The notes beneath the pieces are model-generated. The model saw nothing but the letters and a program-made list of their open reading frames with translations. It made no database searches and was not told the origin of the DNA. Position numbers and translations under genes: made by a program. 34,159 bases of DNA from an uncultured Clostridium sp. GTDB taxonomy: Bacteria; Bacillota; Clostridia; Christensenellales; Pumilibacteraceae. The stretch is from positions 1 to 34,159 of the forward strand of contig USKH01000001.1 of the NCBI GenBank assembly GCA_900555125.1, read 5' to 3'. Below, in pieces: positions 33,258-34,159 of this stretch. Positions within the stretch are counted from its first letter, which is position 1, and every line of letters begins with the position of its first letter.

Positions 33258-34024
33258 TAGACACGCACGCCCACATAGGCGGCGGCGATACGGACGAGGC
33301 GGCAGTAATTTCCGACCTTGAAAAAGGCTGTCCCGATCGTATCGTGTGTGCAAGTTACGACGTTGCTTCGTCCGAGCGCAGCGTTTTGCTTGCCCGTAAG
33401 CACGAGAAGTTGTACTGCGCCGTCGGCGTTCACCCCAGCGACAGTCAGAGGCTTACTTCCGACCCTTGCGAAAAACTGTTCTCGCTCGCAAGCGACAGGA
33501 AAAACAAGGTTGTCGCAATAGGCGAAATAGGCTTGGACTATCATTACGACGATACGGACAGAGAAAGGCAGAAAAAGTGGCTTACCGCTCAGATCGCGCT
33601 TGCCGACGAGCTTAAACTGCCGCCCATGTTCCATATCCGCGACGCATACGAGGACATGACCGCGATTTTTGCCGAAAATGCCGGAAAACTAACGCGCAGC
33701 GGAGTTATGCACTGCTATTCCGGCTCGAAGGAAACCGCGCTGGAATTAAGCCGCAAATACGACTTTTATTTTTCGTTCAGCGGCGTAATTACATTCAAAA
33801 ACGCCAAAAAATATCCCGAAATTATCCGCGCGTTGCCCCTTAGTCGCCTGCTTGTCGAAACCGATTGTCCTTATATGGCTCCCGAACCGCACAGAGGAGA
33901 AGCAAACAAGCCTGCTTTTGTTCGCTTCGTCGCGCAGAAATTAGCCGAAATTCTGGATATGCCGTACGATGAAGTCGTCCGCATAACCGGCGAAAACGCC
34001 GCGAGAATTTACGGAATTAAGTAG
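33251..34024 (+). CDS. tatD: TatD family metal-dependent hydrolase/DNase (YabD-like)
   Basis: Motifs VDTHAHI, EIGLDYHY, FHIRDA, HCYSGS and ETDCPYMAP. The gene overlaps the metG stop by 7 nt. The metG-yabD order is classic for Bacillota. Confidence 0.92.
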   Translation: MLVDTHAHIGGGDTDEAAVISDLEKGCPDRIVCASYDVASSERSVLLARKHEKLYCAVGVHPSDSQRLTSDPCEKLFSLASDRKNKVVAIGEIGLDYHYDDTDRERQKKWLTAQIALADELKLPPMFHIRDAYEDMTAIFAENAGKLTRSGVMHCYSGSKETALELSRKYDFYFSFSGVITFKNAKKYPEIIRALPLSRLLVETDCPYMAPEPHRGEANKPAFVRFVAQKLAEILDMPYDEVVRITGENAARIYGIK

Positions 34025-34046
34025 AAATTCAAGAAAATATGACCAA

Positions 34047-34076
34047 AACGCCCCGAAAAACCGGAGCGTTTTTTTG
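34047..34076 (+). terminator. Intrinsic terminator after tatD
   Basis: AACGCCCCG-aaaaac-CGGAGCGTT forms a 9-bp stem with one mismatch, followed by TTTTT. Confidence 0.7.
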
Positions 34077-34159
34077 CGTGAAAGTTAAAAAGAGTATAAC
34101 AAGGCGGACAGTCGGCGTTTATTTCGGCTTGGTTTTGTCTCACGGAAATTTGTTTCTCT

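Noticed and set aside
1-34159. Looked for CRISPR arrays, tRNA/rRNA genes, transposases, integrases, a reverse transcriptase or DGR template/variable repeat pair, toxin-antitoxin pairs and known defence genes.
   Set aside because: None seen. All sizeable direct repeats are in-frame coding repeats inside the lipoprotein genes. Intergenic regions are short (61-225 nt) and are accounted for by promoters, leaders and terminators.

Overview
This is a 34.2-kb chromosomal segment that looks like Bacillota (Clostridia-like), judged from spmA/spmB, metG-tatD synteny and strong AGGAGG-type ribosome-binding sites. It uses the standard genetic code. All calls were made by eye from the sequence and ORF track; no searches or computations were run.

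Left (1-4955): the distal part of an Opp/Dpp-type peptide ABC importer, with two permeases and two ATPases. No substrate-binding gene is in the window. A translationally coupled 79-aa tail-anchored membrane protein follows.

Centre (5138-29100, about 70% of the window): five consecutive same-strand genes for very large predicted lipoproteins of 2555, 865, 888, 1511 and 1960 aa.
- The first is a subtilisin-type (S8) cell-envelope protease with a PA insert. It is fused to Big_2 domains, about 30 BspA-type leucine-rich repeats, a Pro-rich stalk and a sortase-signal-like C-terminal anchor.
- The next two are divergent paralogues: Fn3/Big_2 heads on an unnamed domain of about 600 aa.
- The fourth has eight tandem Ig-like repeats plus an uncharacterised region of about 850 aa.
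- The fifth has six roughly 85-aa repeats ending in GH(D/N)Y, followed by a roughly 1.2-kb super-repeat present four times and containing Listeria-Bacteroides (Flg_new-like) repeat pairs.

Near-consensus sigma-A promoters precede three of the five genes.

Right (29197-34024): a TetR regulator with a perfect 12-bp inverted repeat over its promoter, spmB-spmA (minus strand), metG and tatD.

I saw no tRNA/rRNA, CRISPR array, transposase, integrase or recognisable defence genes. The most interesting hypothesis is that the importer, the protease and the four giant lipoproteins form one lipid-anchored surface locus for protein capture, degradation and peptide uptake (or adhesion). Most of its sequence is not assignable to a named domain.
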